In this document: piece after piece, positions 36,326 to 49,827 of the stretch
Layout: each line of letters opens with the position of its first letter
Position numbering within the stretch: position 1 is the first letter of the stretch
Assembly (NCBI GenBank): GCA_951406725.2
Contig: OX597817.1
Location: 17,794,001 to 17,858,000, forward strand
Direction: 5' to 3'
Source: Octopus vulgaris
Lineage: Eukaryota
Length of the DNA stretch: 64,000 bases
The notes under the pieces: model-generated
Seen by the model: the letters and a program-made list of their open reading frames with translations, nothing else
Told to the model about the DNA's origin: nothing
The model's database searches: none
Position numbers and translations under genes: made by a program

Positions 36326-38681
36326 AAATGAACTTTGTGATATTATATGAAAAAAAAAAATATTTGTACTTTTGTGTTATCATAAAATAACTTTCAATGA
36401 ACCCAACTTTTTCTCTTTAGTATATTGGGCTTCATAACAGTTCATTGACATTAAAGAAAGATATTTCATTTTGCTGATTACATAGAAAAAAAATGGTTTC
36501 ATCAGATATTGCCTATTTGTCCTTTAACATATCTTTTTGGTCCACTAGATTGGTGCTCATGTCTGGTTTGTGGCATTAAGCAGTTGAGACACAAATCTCC
36601 CTTGGAAGGATGCCAGCCTATTTACAGATAATTTTTGCAGTTGAAAAACTCAAAGTCAATACTGCAAGCATAGAAATCATCTGACAAATTTAGAGTAGCT
36701 GTTACAAAAATGAAGTATCCCACTCTGTGACTTAGTTGACCGATGGATTTAAGTGTTTTAGCCACTGACACTATGTAGAACTGGAGTCATACTGATATTT
36801 CAGTTAGTCATGAGAGCCCATTGACTTAAGCATCTGTGCTCTCCTCTTCAGAACATTTAATAAATGAACATTTGCTTTAAACAAAAAAAAAAAAATTGTC
36901 CTCAAAATTAATGTTTGGCATATAATGCCTGATAACTTTAGAAGCATGAAAAAAGTTTCTAAAATTGTGCAAGAGCTAATAAAATAAAAATTCTGATTAT
37001 AAACAAAAATCAAAAAGAAAGCTTAATATCGTGAACATTCTTTAGCAATGGCACATTAGATGGTGTGTTCTAGACAGAAAGAAAAGATTAAGGCTGCATA
37101 AGTTACATAACTCAGTGGAAAAGAATGCGCATTTTACAATTAGAGATAGAGCCTAAGAGTGGTTAATTACATTAACAATCCATAGGGAGAGAACAACAGT
37201 CTATGATAAGTCCTGCTAACTCAATTTGTCACAACAGTGGAATATACTTATTCCTCAACCAATCAACTCATCTTCGACCAGTTATGAATTCAGAAACTGG
37301 AATACAATCTACATTAATTGTTTGTCTCTTGGGAAGGTCGAAAAACACTGATTCAGCAATTTACAACCGAGATCTTTTTTCTTAAAAACAGATATTCAAG
37401 CAACCTTTCTATAACTAATATTTTTTTTTTTTTGAAGTTCAGTTTTATTTTAGATGTACACATGTTTATATATATATGTGTGTGTGTGTGTGTGTATGTG
37501 AAGAGAGAGACAGCAGTCAGACTAATAAAAATTGCTTCACACAAATTGGGTCAAATCTTAAACAATGACATTATTATTATTTTAATATTTTTGTTTCTGT
37601 TTTACAAAAACACTACAACAATGCAAATATTTAAGTACCCAATCACATTAAGAAAATAGTACCTTTTTTTTCCCCCCTATCCTAGCTTCCTCTGCCTCAT
37701 CCAAGAATAAGGGAGAGAGCATGAGTCTCGAAAGTTGTTTTGATTTGTTCTTGTTTTTTTAATCACTTAACTGATATTGATGTCTGCGACAAAATGAAAG
37801 GATTGTCTTTTATGTAAAGCTAATCGCAAAACAATATCCATGACCAACCAATGTAAAGCATAATGATCAGAAGCGATGTACTGTGACGACATCAAACCCG
37901 CCTTAATTTACTTAAAAATAATTAAATAAAAACTTAAGGAACACTACAAACAACAGGTATCAAGGTACGTAACGTTAACAGATAATGTCATAATTGATGA
38001 CAATTATTCAATGAAGCGATTCATATATCCTGCTCTGTGTGCAACTTCAATGAAAATATTATTAATCGACAAACATATCACGATCACTTGATTGATCATT
38101 TAGTACTAGCAGTCGTCACAGAGACGGAAAAAACAACAAAAACAAACAAAGAAGAGAGTAATCAAAGTTCAGCTAACAACAATTATAATTTTATATCGAT
38201 GTCTCATCATCATCAGATTAAAAAAAAAAAGTTAACCAAAAAAAAGTCTATAATTTTAACAAGAATAAAAATTAAAAAAAGTATAATGTCTAGTATAAAG
38301 TGGAGTGTTGTTGTTTTATAATGCGAATAACATATAGAGTGATCAATCAATCACCTATGTCGAAAATTACTGGAACTAGATCTGTTTTTGTTCTATTTTT
38401 TCTTCTCACTTCACAAAGGTTTTTTTTTAAGAAACCGAAAGTAACAAGACAAAACAAAATAAAAACACACTGACAAGTGGGAAAATAGAAGAAAGCGAAT
38501 GGAAGAAGGTCAGCCAAATAAATTGATTTCGATTTTAATGATTGGAAATTGCAAGAAGCGTATTTATCACCAATACAAGCGACAAGGTAATAATAATAAG
38601 ATGAAAGTGAGAATCTATGTCAACATTATCTACAAAACCGTTTGAGTGGCTGTTAAATCCCTCCACACCAAAATATCTTAC

Positions 38682-38963
38682 ACACACATACATATAAATA
38701 TATATATATATATATACATACATATATATATATACATATATATATATATACATATACATACATATAAATATATATATATATATACACATACATATATATA
38801 CATACACATACATATAAATATATATATATATATATATACATACACATACATATAAATATATATATATATATATATATACATACACATACATATAAATATA
38901 TATATATATATATACATACACATACATATAAATATATATATATATATATATACATACACATAC

Positions 38964-38994
<31 letters not shown>

Positions 38995-39088
38995 CATACA
39001 TACACAATATATATATATATATATACATACATACACATATAGATATATATATATACATACACATAAATATATATATATATACATACAC

Positions 39089-39136
<48 letters not shown>

Positions 39137-39150
39137 GCACACACATATAC
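38682..39150. repeat. Compound (TA)n microsatellite with a higher-order unit TACATACACATACATATAAA(TA)n
   Basis: About 470 bp seen directly, with the unit repeated roughly ten times. Confidence 0.95.
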
Positions 39151-40427
39151 ATACCTATACTTAGTCAGAAAAATATTTCATCTATAAAATGTATAATGCA
39201 ATATTTATACATCTTCAGTAAAAAAATTTAAAAAACGGTATGTATAAGTAAACATTGTATCGTTTTTTTTATTTAGCTCAGCTCATAATAATAGCAATAT
39301 AATTGTATATTGTATTCCTGTGGTTTAATAAACCAAAGCGATGACAATAATAATTATAAAAAAAAAAAAACGTACAGGATGGAAAGAAAGAAAGTATGAG
39401 ATAAGAGGAAAGGAGGAGTAGAAAAAGCGTAGAGTAGCGAAAATTATAAAAGACAGCCAACAATTAAGTTAGCTGGGAAAAGCTTATAAGAGCAGGCAAG
39501 CAAGCAAGCAAGCGAGAGAGCTTGTTGCGAAGCTAGCAACCCAGAATTGCTTGCTCAAACAGCAGGCAAGCAAGCAATCAATTCAACCAGCAAGTAGTCC
39601 ACCTGTCAAGCAGTAAGCGGTTTGGTTTGGGAGAAGCAGAGAGAGAGAAGAGAGAGAGAAGCGATAGAGAGAGAGAAAAGGAATGAAAGAGCGGGACTAT
39701 ATATATATGTATATATATATATATATATCAGACTGACGGAACAGCAATGTACCGGGCGCTTCTCTCTTGTAGTAAAAAAAGAAAAATAAATAAAAAGAAG
39801 AGAAGAAAAGAAACTAGTGTACTACAGACGTACATGTTAACTAGGCATGATCACACACTCTCACGGTTAACAAGCAAGCGTGTGGTGGGTTATATAATTA
39901 ACTAGTGAACAGTAAAGGACATATACGTAATCCACGAGGGAGTACGAACATTGATTTCCATTTAGTTTTAAGACGTTGGACTAAAAACAAAATAAGAGAT
40001 AAAAATAAAATGATAACCTACCTACTCGAAGCCAACACAGAGACAATAGATAGGGAAGATCTTTAAATTGATAGTTAAAGACAAGCTTAAATAAGAGGGG
40101 AGAGAGAGTAATACACATGTAGAAATAATAGCATGTATGGCTATGTGCCTGATAGATAGATTGATTGATTATATATATATATATATGGGAAGAGAGAGAA
40201 GACACTCAAATAGCACTTTTCAGTGGTAGAATTTCCAAGTGTTATTGATAAATTGCTAATATAGGATCCGTGTGTGCACGTTGGTGGTGGTGGTGGTGGA
40301 AGAAATTGTATAACAGTAAATGGGGAGAGAGGAAAAAAAAAGGCTTGAGTAAGGACAAACATTAACTTTATGGGGTTAAGGGGTTGTGGTGGTGATAACT
40401 ACCAAAGAGCAGTTTCTATACCATTAT

Positions 40428-40576
40428 GAGGTCGACTTTTGCCTTTCATCCTTTCGGGGGTCGATAAATTAAGTACCAGTTACGCACTGGGGGGTCGATG
40501 TAATCGACTTAATACCTATGTCTGTCCTTGTTTGTCCCCTCTCTGTGTTTAGCCCCTTGTGGGCAGTAAAGAAATA
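40428..40576 (+). mobile_element. 5'-truncated SINE family B
   Basis: Body and tail present. TSD TATACCATTAT at 40417-40427 and 40577-40587. Confidence 0.85.
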
Positions 40577-40935
40577 TATACCATTATATTCCATGTTGTA
40601 TAAATATACAATAATATTCATGCTGTATAGATATATATATATATATATCAAACCATGTCATTACAATGTGTGTACGTACGTACGTACCTAAGTATGTATG
40701 TATGTACGCCTGTATCACCATCTACCTATGCTAGTGGTACTAGTACTACTAATACTACTATTAGTACCATTATTAATAATAACAATGAAAGCAGAAGAGT
40801 CAGGAGTTGTTTTTAGTGACAGTAATTGTGAAAGTAAACCAACAACAGTGTACTTAAAGCTGTCCTATGATAAAAAAAAACCTGTTCGATTGTTTGTTTG
40901 TTAGTTTTTTTTTAAAAAAGTGCTGTTTTGTTGTT

Positions 40936-40966
<31 letters not shown>

Positions 40967-41233
40967 TTTTTTTTTTTTGCCAAAGCTTAACTTAACACTG
41001 GCTACTACTACCACTACTACTACTACTACTATTACTAACACCACCACGACTAATGAATACATACATACATACAACACTTTTCTTTGTGGGGGTCCAGCGC
41101 CGTGGAGAAACGATAACTGACGAAAACGTTCAGAGATCGAGCGAAAGGAACGAACATTGCAAACACGCTTTTCATTCAAAGCTAACAGGAAAGAAAACAT
41201 GTAGAGAAGCGTAAAAGAAAAATCATCACAAAC

Positions 41234-41257
41234 CTTCAAGTCTTGCGCGTCCGCCAT
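41234..41257 (-). CDS. Putative first coding exon (MADAQDLK) of a divergent gene, PIAS-like SUMO E3 ligase candidate
   Basis: Minus strand reads AAA-ATG-GCG-GAC-GCG-CAA-GAC-TTG-AAG|GTTTGT: strong start context, 8 codons, phase-0 donor. It resembles the PIAS1 N-terminus MADSAELK as recalled. No downstream exon was recognised in the window, so the identity is tentative. Confidence 0.55.
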
Positions 41258-41331
41258 TTTAGACCCAATACTTTTTTCTTTTACCGGAAGTGCCTCGTTC
41301 TGGAGATTAGTGCAAGGGCAAGATGGCGACC
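41251..41331. promoter_or_regulatory. Compact bidirectional promoter: two YY1/TISU-like ATGGCG motifs, CCAAT and an ETS/GABP site
   Basis: CCGCCATTTT at 41251-41260, CCAAT at 41265-41269, ACCGGAAGTG at 41283-41292, CAAGATGGCGAC at 41319-41330. CpG is locally enriched. Confidence 0.7.
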
Positions 41332-41338
41332 GTCAGAG
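41323..41338 (+). CDS. NDUFS7: NDUFS7 coding exon 1 (MATVR + 1 nt), start of mitochondrial targeting peptide
   Basis: CAAG-ATG-GCG start context in a locally CpG-rich patch, followed by a consensus donor AG|GTGAGT at 41339. Phase 1 joins in frame to the exon at 47421. Confidence 0.8.
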
Positions 41339-42369
41339 GTGAGTCTCTCCTCGCATTTAATTCATCACCTTTAATTGCCTCCGATTTTTTCCCTATTTCA
41401 TCGATAATTCATCGAACTTGCCAAACGTACACTCACTTATGTTAATGCAAAATTTTTTTTTTTCTTGACCGCTTTTAGCTTATTTCGTTACATAAAATAA
41501 TATCTGTGTACACGAACGTCATTGAAAAAAGTGCGTTTATAATGCAAATGTTATTGAAACGACTTCACAGTTTGGTTGCGATCAAGTTTATGTAACTCTG
41601 CAATAGATACAGCGAGTATTCATGTTCGGTAAAATCATATTTAAAATTTATAAATTGATTCCAATTTTGGAATTTTTTAAAGCATGGCATCACAATCTCT
41701 AATGACATTGTTTTGATAAACTTTTTTTCCTCGATGCGATGTTATTTACATTTAGTATATAACCACGACTTCGTTAAAGCATTTGTTAAAGCATTTAATT
41801 AGTAACGTTTTAGCTAACAAATTAGCTCCTACCTAAATGTTTTGCAGTTTTAAATATTCTCTGCACATGCTGAATTTGAATACTGCTTGTATTTACTTTG
41901 CCTCTCATTGTTCTAAAATATATTTAATCCATTATACCTACCTCATCTCCTACAAATATTTTCACCTGTACCTCGTCAGAGGCAATATATTTAGATGCAT
42001 CAAGGACAGTTATAACAATAGAATGTCGAATTTATATACTTCATTTGTTACTAGCTTGGTAAATCACTCAGCAAAGTTCAAATCTTTTAAAGGTCATCTT
42101 GGCTTTTCATTGCACCAGTGTCAATTGCGGCATACCTATACAACTGTGCCCCAACCCCATCGACTTTGTTTCCTCATAACTTTCAGAGAAAAAGGGACAC
42201 TTGTTGCCTTCACACCTCCGATGAAATCTTGACAATTTCTCTGCTGCATGTTAGCCAAATTCAAACGAGAATTGTTTTGAAAATAAGTTTTGAGATGCCA
42301 AGCTACTCAGTTGAAGATAACTGTGAGAACGAATGAGCAGTGTATTTGATTTTTTTTAAGATGAAGAGA

Positions 42370-43200
42370 TTTTTTCATGTAAGGTTGACTATAGGATTTT
42401 TAAAAAGAGCAGGTTTTGGAAGAATTTCTGAACTTAAATCCAAACATTACTAAGAATCATTACTAATCAGATGGTTGGATGTTTAACACCAAGGATCCGT
42501 AGTCCTGCTTCAAAGCTGCTCTCTATTAAGGAATCTATCCTGATTTTTGGAAACATGTTATAAAATATCCCATCATCAAACAAGGAAGATTCTGTCCCTA
42601 TCAATTATCAGCCTATCACTCTCACTTTCCACATCTTAAAATTGATGAGAACAATAGTTATGTAACCTCCAGTCTCCTAAATTGCTCTCATATCAGCCTT
42701 CAGTACAGTTTACATAAACCCATATTTTAGAAACTTATAAAAGCACTGCTGTTGCACTTGACATCAGCAAAATATTGATCATGTCTGGCACAAAACAGTC
42801 TTCTTGCCAAGTTTTATCTGTCTCTTGAGTTGAAAGCATTTCTGTCAAACTGTGATGTTGTGGTGTACTGGACAGGGCTCCCTGATACATAGTCTATCAA
42901 CTCTTATGCACTCAGGATTTGATCTCTCTTTCCTGTACATTACAACCTATTGTAATCTCTAACAACACTCACTCTTCCCAAACCATCTGTATTACCCTCA
43001 TATTACCTAGACACCACATGTCAAATTGCACTGCCTCCATAAACAGATATGTGGAAAGCAGTCTCCAATAGGAACCATAACAATTTCATCTCCTTTAACA
43101 GCACAAAAACACAATCTCTGACCAATGACAAAAACAACCTTATACCTCACCCTTTCTAGTCTTGAACAATGAGTGGTTAAAACCCTCCAAACCACTACAA
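42370..43200 (+). mobile_element. Highly decayed LINE RT fragment (L2/Jockey-like)
   Basis: Relics NYQPITLTFHILKLM and AVALDISKILIMSG. Confidence 0.5.
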
Positions 43201-43214
43201 ATGCCTTTTTTTTT

Positions 43215-43399
43215 TTACTTGTTTGAGTCATTATTCTGCAGCCATTCTGGGGCACTACCTTGAAGAATTTGTCGTACGAATCAATCCCAGTACTTATTTT
43301 TTTAAGCCTGTTACTTATTATATCAGTCTCTTTTGCTGAACTGCTAAGTTATAGGAACGTGAACACTGCAACACCAAGTGTCAAGCAGTGGTGGGTTTC

Positions 43400-43431
<32 letters not shown>

Positions 43432-43620
43432 TATTTATATATGTATGTATATACACATACACACAGTGGACTTCTTTCAGTTTCCATCTACCAAATCCAT
43501 ACACAAGGCTTTGGTCAGTCCGAAGCTATAGTAGAACACACTTGCTGAAGATGCCATGCAGTGAGGCGAAACCCAGAACCATGTAGTTGAGAAGTGAACT
43601 TTTTACCACACAGCTACAGT
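43215..43620 (-). mobile_element. Degenerate SINE family A
   Basis: Reverse complement of the family A tail, body and head. Confidence 0.8.
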
Positions 43621-43769
43621 TGATCTTTGCTAAACAGATCCAATTTATTTCTTCTACCTGGGCTTAAAGTTGTTATAGCCTTTTACATAATTTTGCACCT
43701 CCTGTTGATTACTTGCTTTCTTTATGCTATTTTCAAATTACTGGTTAAGGATTTCTGGATAACAAATTC

Positions 43770-44106
43770 GAATGGTAATTGTAAAGACATCAGTGCTGGT
43801 GTCACGTAAAAGCACCGTTCGAGCGTAGCAGTTACTAGCGTCGCCTGACTGGTGTCCGTGTCGGTGACACGTAAAAGCATCAACCGATCGTGGCCGTTTT
43901 CCACCCTGCGCTGGCTCCTGTTCTGGTGTCATGTAAAAAACACCTACTACACTCACAGAGTGGTTGGCGTTAGGAAGGGCATCCAGCTGTAGAAACACTG
44001 CCAAATCAGACTGGAGCCTGGTGCAGCCTCCATGGCTTACCAGACCCCGGTCGAACCGTCCAACCCATGCTAGCATGGAAAACGGACGTTAAATGATGAT
44101 GATGAT
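43770..44106 (+). mobile_element. Family C retroelement with 2-3 diverged monomers
   Basis: Repeated GGTGTCACGTAAAAGCA units, body and (GAT)n tail. Confidence 0.85.
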
Positions 44107-44781
44107 AAGTCATTTGTCTGTCATGCTCTTGGTAACTACGTAATCCATTTGTAACACATTACAAATATGCAGTTAACAGGATAAACAGAGCATATATTAT
44201 GGCATTGTTCTGTGTTTTCTGACATCCTTTTGTGGAGGTTTTTTTCTTCTTGAAATAAATATTTTTAGATGCAAAAAATCTCTCTCACAGTTTAGTTTAT
44301 ATAAAATTGTTGCAATCGGTTGAAATAGCACAAATCTAATTGTGTAAATACAGTAAAAAAAATATAAAAAAGGTGGGGGTGAAGTGCTGATAGAAAGAAG
44401 TGGTTGAAAGGCAAGTTCCTGAAATTCTTTGAGATTGAAACTGCAGCATTGTACAATATCTCATTTTCATTGATGTTGATCTTTTACCATTTCAGCTGTG
44501 AGGACCAGAATCCTGATATCTGACTTCATTTTTGCCACATTTTACTTACTCATCCTTTTCCATGGGTTTCTTCCCTCTACCAAGAGCATAAGGCACTTAT
44601 TTCTCCATCTGTTACCACTCCTAAACATCACCTCTCTACACAGTGCAGTTTTTTTTCCTGCATGCATCATCTCTCAGTTCACTTGTGCTCTTTCTTTCAT
44701 ACATGCTAATAGTACAAGTACACCAAACCTCATTTCTCTCCAGCATCCATAAAACTTACATATATTCAGCCTCCCACTTAA

Positions 44782-44999
44782 CCCTTTAGTGTTTAAACCG
44801 GCCATATCCGGCCCAAATATTCTATGTTTTATATTCAAATGGTGATATCTAGCCTCTCACGCCTAACCTACATTGACATTCTAAAAATAAACAATCACAT
44901 CACTGAAACCTCAAAAGCTATAAGATAATGCAGGATTAATTAAAATTTATTTGAGTAAAAAAATATTACATTTAACAGAGTAATCTGAACACTAAAGGG
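44782..44999. mobile_element. piggyBac-type MITE family 2
   Basis: TTAA|CCCTTTAG...CTAAAGGG|TTAA. Confidence 0.88.
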
Positions 45000-47420
45000 T
45001 TAATTTATGTTTCATGTTACCTGTTTTTTTTGTTATTGTTTTTTTTTCTTGAATATTACAGAAATGCTTTTTACACACAAATAACAGCACTTTCTTGCTA
45101 TTAGAAACACATCTTTAAAGGTGACTACTGTCATCAATATTTTAAAGTACTTCAAATTCTTTGAAGCACAGCAAATGAACCATTATTATCAAATGTCCAA
45201 TTATATTCAACTGGAATTTGGGCATGGATCCTATAGAAAAAACTTAAGGTATCATTGTGAATGTTGGTTTTTACAACAGAAAACATTTTTTCTGATTTTT
45301 GCAGAGAATACAAGAGGAAAAGGAAAAGATTAAGGAGGGAAGAAAACTGGCGAAATTTTGTCAACCATTTGTGCATGATATAAATATTCAATCTAGTGAA
45401 CATTATAGTACAATTCCTAAAAGAAAAGGAAGCATTTTATAGTATCAGATTTCTGTAGAAGATTCTTTTATATAGATGTTCTTAACTTATCATTTTATAT
45501 TGTCTTACAAGAACTCAGATTGTCACAGTCTGTAGTATTGGAGAAAAACATTTGGTAATGTTTTTCTAGAATGGCATAGTCTTTTTTTTTTTTTTCGTAT
45601 GTTGTTGACTTTGAAGCTGGTTTAGCCAACAAATGCTACAACAATCAATTATTGAATTTTTTGCTGCTGATGTATTTATAGTGACAGTCTTAGAACACCC
45701 AAAAGACACTAAGTACAGCAAAACTTTCATTGGTTTATAAAAGATAATTTGCATTTTTGAATAAGAAAATCACTATCAGTTTCCAATAGCAAAAATAGTT
45801 TCTGGAAATGTTTCCTGTGCTGTGACAGGCTGGTATTTTATTGCAAGTGAAGAAATTAATCTGAACCTAAGTCTGTATTTGAAAGTCTTTGTGCATCATG
45901 AATGTGCTTTTAGTAATTCATATATCTTGAATGTATGTGAGTGATGACAGTGTTAGTATATGCTAGAGTTAACTTTTTATTGACTAGATTTGGGGTTTGT
46001 TCTTGGATGTGAAGTTAGAATTTCTTGTGAGGAAACATAGCTCTTAGCCTAAAACAAACTTCACATTTGTCTACAAGGAAATGTCTTTAATAGGGTATCA
46101 CATTCTGTAATCTGATGGATTCTAAGAAAGCTTGAGTTAGGTGAAGCATAGTTAAAATATACCATCATTCAACCTGCAAAAAATACTGTCTTGAAAGACA
46201 AGGAACACATTTTGGATAACACAGTCCTCAATACACTGTGTGAAAAATCAAGATGTGATGGTCATAGCTGGAATGCCTTTGATCAAAGGTCAGGTGAATC
46301 AATGCTGCTCTGAGGCTTGGTGACAACAACCCATGATAGAAGAAATTTGGAGTTGTTCTTTGTGCTAAATAATTTACATGTATTTACACATACTTAGATA
46401 CTTTACAAACACAAAAGCTAGATGGTATGAAACTTGCTCAATGAGTTTGATATTGTGTAACAGAGAAGTATATATGTTGAGTTTAGGAGGGGTGAGAAAT
46501 GAGCTGAGTATAGGCAATTGTATGTCTACTGTCAATTTACAAGAAAAGTTGAGTGAAAGATTATTGGAAAATGAATAGCTGAATATCAAGTCATGTAGGA
46601 AAGTGACTCAGCCAGTAGTCATTTTATAATGTTATAGATGATAAACATTGAGTGAAAATGTGTCATAAGATGGTAGGTTAGGAGTGTAGCAGAAGTAGAG
46701 GCTGACCACATGATTGATACTAAATAGTGAAATTAGGGACAATTAAAAATGTACTCAATTGCAAACTTGTGTAACTCTGACTTTAAAAATTATATGGGTG
46801 TAAGCATGGCTATGTGGTTGAGAAACTTGGGTCCAGTCTCACTGCATGGCACCTTGGAAAAGTATTTCTAATAACCTGGGGCTGACCAAAGCTTTGTGAG
46901 TGGATTTGGTAGATGAAAACTGAAAGAAGCCTTTTGTGTAAATATTTATGTATGTGTGTACATGTAAAGGGGTGTGTACCATTGAGTAGACACCATACAC
47001 ACACAAGCATGTATCTGACTCATACATTGTTCGCTTTCCAGACATTTCTACATTACTGCATGTACTTTATATGCACTTTCTGACAAGTTGTGGTGCACCT
47101 GAGCACTGTATACAATTAATTTCATTATTATTATTATTATTATTATTAAATGAGCATCACCATCATACAAATAATGTTGTTCATTTCCAATTTTCTGTAA
47201 AAAAAAAACTTGTCAGACTATATGAAGATATTACCTTACTTGGAAACCAGTACGTGTTGGCTACAGGAAGGGTATCCAGTAATAGAAAATTTGCCTCAAT
47301 CAATCCCGTCTGACCCATGTAAACACTGAAAAGTAGTTGTTACAACAATGATTATGATGAATATGCAAAGTTTTTTTTTTGCTGTAATTTTCTTGATATT
47401 TTTCTTCTTTCTCTTTTTAG

Positions 47421-47538
47421 TTTTGAAACTAGGCGGGTGTTTTAACCGCCTTGCATTATCAACAAGAAGGTCGCCACTACTTAGTCAATGTAGACCTTTA
47501 ATGCAAAAGAGTGAAGAACAGAAAAGAGATAATTTAAG
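47421..47538 (+). CDS. NDUFS7: NDUFS7 coding exon 2 (VLKLGGCFNRLALSTRRSPLLSQCRPLMQKSEEQKRDNL), presequence-like
   Basis: Long polypyrimidine tract ending TTTTTAG at 47420 and donor AG|GTAACT at 47539. Open 118-nt exon, phase 1 in and phase 2 out, rich in Arg/Leu/Ser. Confidence 0.8.
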
Positions 47539-47589
47539 GTAACTTTTTTAACATTTGTTGGAGTATTTTCAATATTTATATTGAATTTA

Positions 47590-47790
47590 AGGCAGCAAAC
47601 TGGCAGAATCATTAGCATGCTGAGCAAAATGCTGAGTGGCATTTTGTCTGTCTTCATGCTTTGAGTCAACTTTGCTTCTCATCCTTCATTGCTCGATAAA
47701 ATAAGTACCAGTTGAACACTAGGGTTCATATAATCGACTTACCCCCTTCCCTGAAATTACTGGCCTTGTGCCAAAATTTGAAACCAATAT
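47590..47790 (+). mobile_element. Degenerate SINE family B (variant tail)
   Basis: GGCAGCAAACTGGCAGAATC head, TCATCCTT...GATAAAATAAGTACC body, GGCCTTGTGCC tail. Confidence 0.75.
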
Positions 47791-49049
47791 CTATATAGAA
47801 ATTCTGGGGTTTTTTTTCTATCAGGTTTTCCTATTTTTAATTCAAAATTTTTTAATTAGAACTGATTGAATAAATCTACAAAATGTTTCATTTTGGAATA
47901 TGAAACTTATAACAACCGTTTTTGCTTATAATAACCAATATGTCTTGTAAAGGTTTATAACTATTCCAAATTAGGTAAATTGACATGCTTATAATTGTAG
48001 AATCAATTCATGGATGCAACAAAATAAATAATCAGATTCACTTATGATTAAGTATCATGATTCTGATTGTTTAAATACTAAATTACTGTTCCTTTAACTT
48101 TCCAATTTCATTATAGAGTGTCAGGCTCACAACCATGAGGTAGTGAGTTTGATTCTTGGACCGGGTTGTGTGTTGTGTTCTTGAGCAAGACGCTTTATTT
48201 CATGTCGCTCCAGTTCACGCAGCTGTAGAAATGAGTTGCGACATCACTGGTGCCAAGCTGTATCAGCCTTTGCCTTTCTCTTGGATATCATCAGTGGCGT
48301 GAAGAGGGGAGGCTAGTATGCATGGGCGACTGCTGGCCTTCCATGAACAATCTTGTTTGGACTTGTGCCTTGCAGGGGTACTTTCTAGATTCAATCCCAT
48401 GGTCATTCATGACTGAAGGGGATCTTTACCCTTATTCTTTAATTAATTTCACACGAAAGACTGATGTATTGTAAACCTCACCAACTCATGGTAACATGGG
48501 AAAAATGAATGTAAAACATCATTATGTTAGCAATGATACTGTCACTCTTTTTGTCTTGTCCTCTAATTTCACCACCTCCAGTAGTCTCAGTCACTAAAAG
48601 GTAAATATTTTTAAGTGCTTGATAGCCTGCAAATAAACCTTCATTACAAATTCTGTTGTGTTTTGGGTCATGTTTACTTTGTTGTTAGAATGTTATATTA
48701 CCATTAGAAGATTCAAGTTGTTTGTCATATGCTTTTATTGATATTAATAATTCATCATTTCCATTGTTCCAGTTATGAAATGTTGACTGCTCTTCAGAAG
48801 CCTTCACTTTGTTTACTGGTTATCAGACTGTTTAAACTGGTGTTCCAGTTGTGATAACCAATCAAAGATAGTCAAAGTCTTGGCAATATCTTTCGCTTTG
48901 GAAACCACTGCAAATATACTATCTTCTTTAATGGAATGGTGAATGACTTTAAACTGGATATATATCCAATTGCAGATAAATTTTGGAAGCTGGCATTCAG
49001 GATAGTGACTTTCTCTGATTCATCTGAATTTTTTTTTAAATAGCTTCCC

Positions 49050-49197
49050 CCGTGCTGGTGGCACGTAAAAGCACCATCCGTTCGTGGCCGTTTGCCAGCT
49101 CCGTCTGGCACCTGTGTGGGTGGCACGTAAAAAGCACCCACTAACCCATGCTAGCATGGAAAGTGGATGCTAAATGATGAGGATGATGATGATGATG
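49050..49197 (+). mobile_element. Family C copy with most of the body deleted
   Basis: Monomers joined directly to the ACCCATGCTAGCATGG...(GAT)n tail at about 49143. Confidence 0.8.
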
Positions 49198-49827
49198 AGC
49201 TGAAGACCTAAAGTTTATTTACTTTGTCTAAAGACAGGTCTTACTTCATCACAATTTTGGTGGGATTTATTTCCCTGTGTCAGGAATATTTATTTATGGA
49301 ATACTGTAGGACTCCATGAACATTATTTCAGAGTGCAATATTTCTTCACTTACTTACCAATCTAAATATGAGAAAGCTAAAGTTAGGCTGCCGTTTGTGG
49401 AAAGGAACCAATCAACCAAGGTTCTTAAAAATAGCATAGGCAAATCATTTCTTATTTGCACCATGAAATTTCAGGTAAAATCCTTTTCCAGGAGATGCAA
49501 TAAAAGGCAAGCATCAGAGTAACTAGATCCATTACATCAAATACTGATTACTTTCCCTAAGATTGTTGCTGTATAAATGTATATCATCATTTATAAATGT
49601 AAACTTTAGCACAGGTTTGCACGCATTAGAAAGTGTCAACAGCCATATTGTACATGGAAGCAAATCAACTGTTTGCCTCAATAGATTGTAAGATAACCTG
49701 GGTATTATGGATAGATGTAAAAGGAATTTTGATTCTGCACTCGTATAAATCTTACATCCCCCACTTCAATTTCAATGTATTTATCCATTAGTTTTCTTAT
49801 AAAAAAAATATAATTTCTGAATTCATT

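Noticed and set aside
38535-39152. 150-205 aa YI-rich ORFs
   Set aside because: They are translations of the (TA)n microsatellite. The same applies to the other YIYI ORFs in the track.
40901-41233. Remainder of the 118-aa minus-strand ORF after MADAQDLK
   Set aside because: It lies beyond a good donor site and runs into (GTA)n and (TA)n repeats, so it is best explained as intron read-through.
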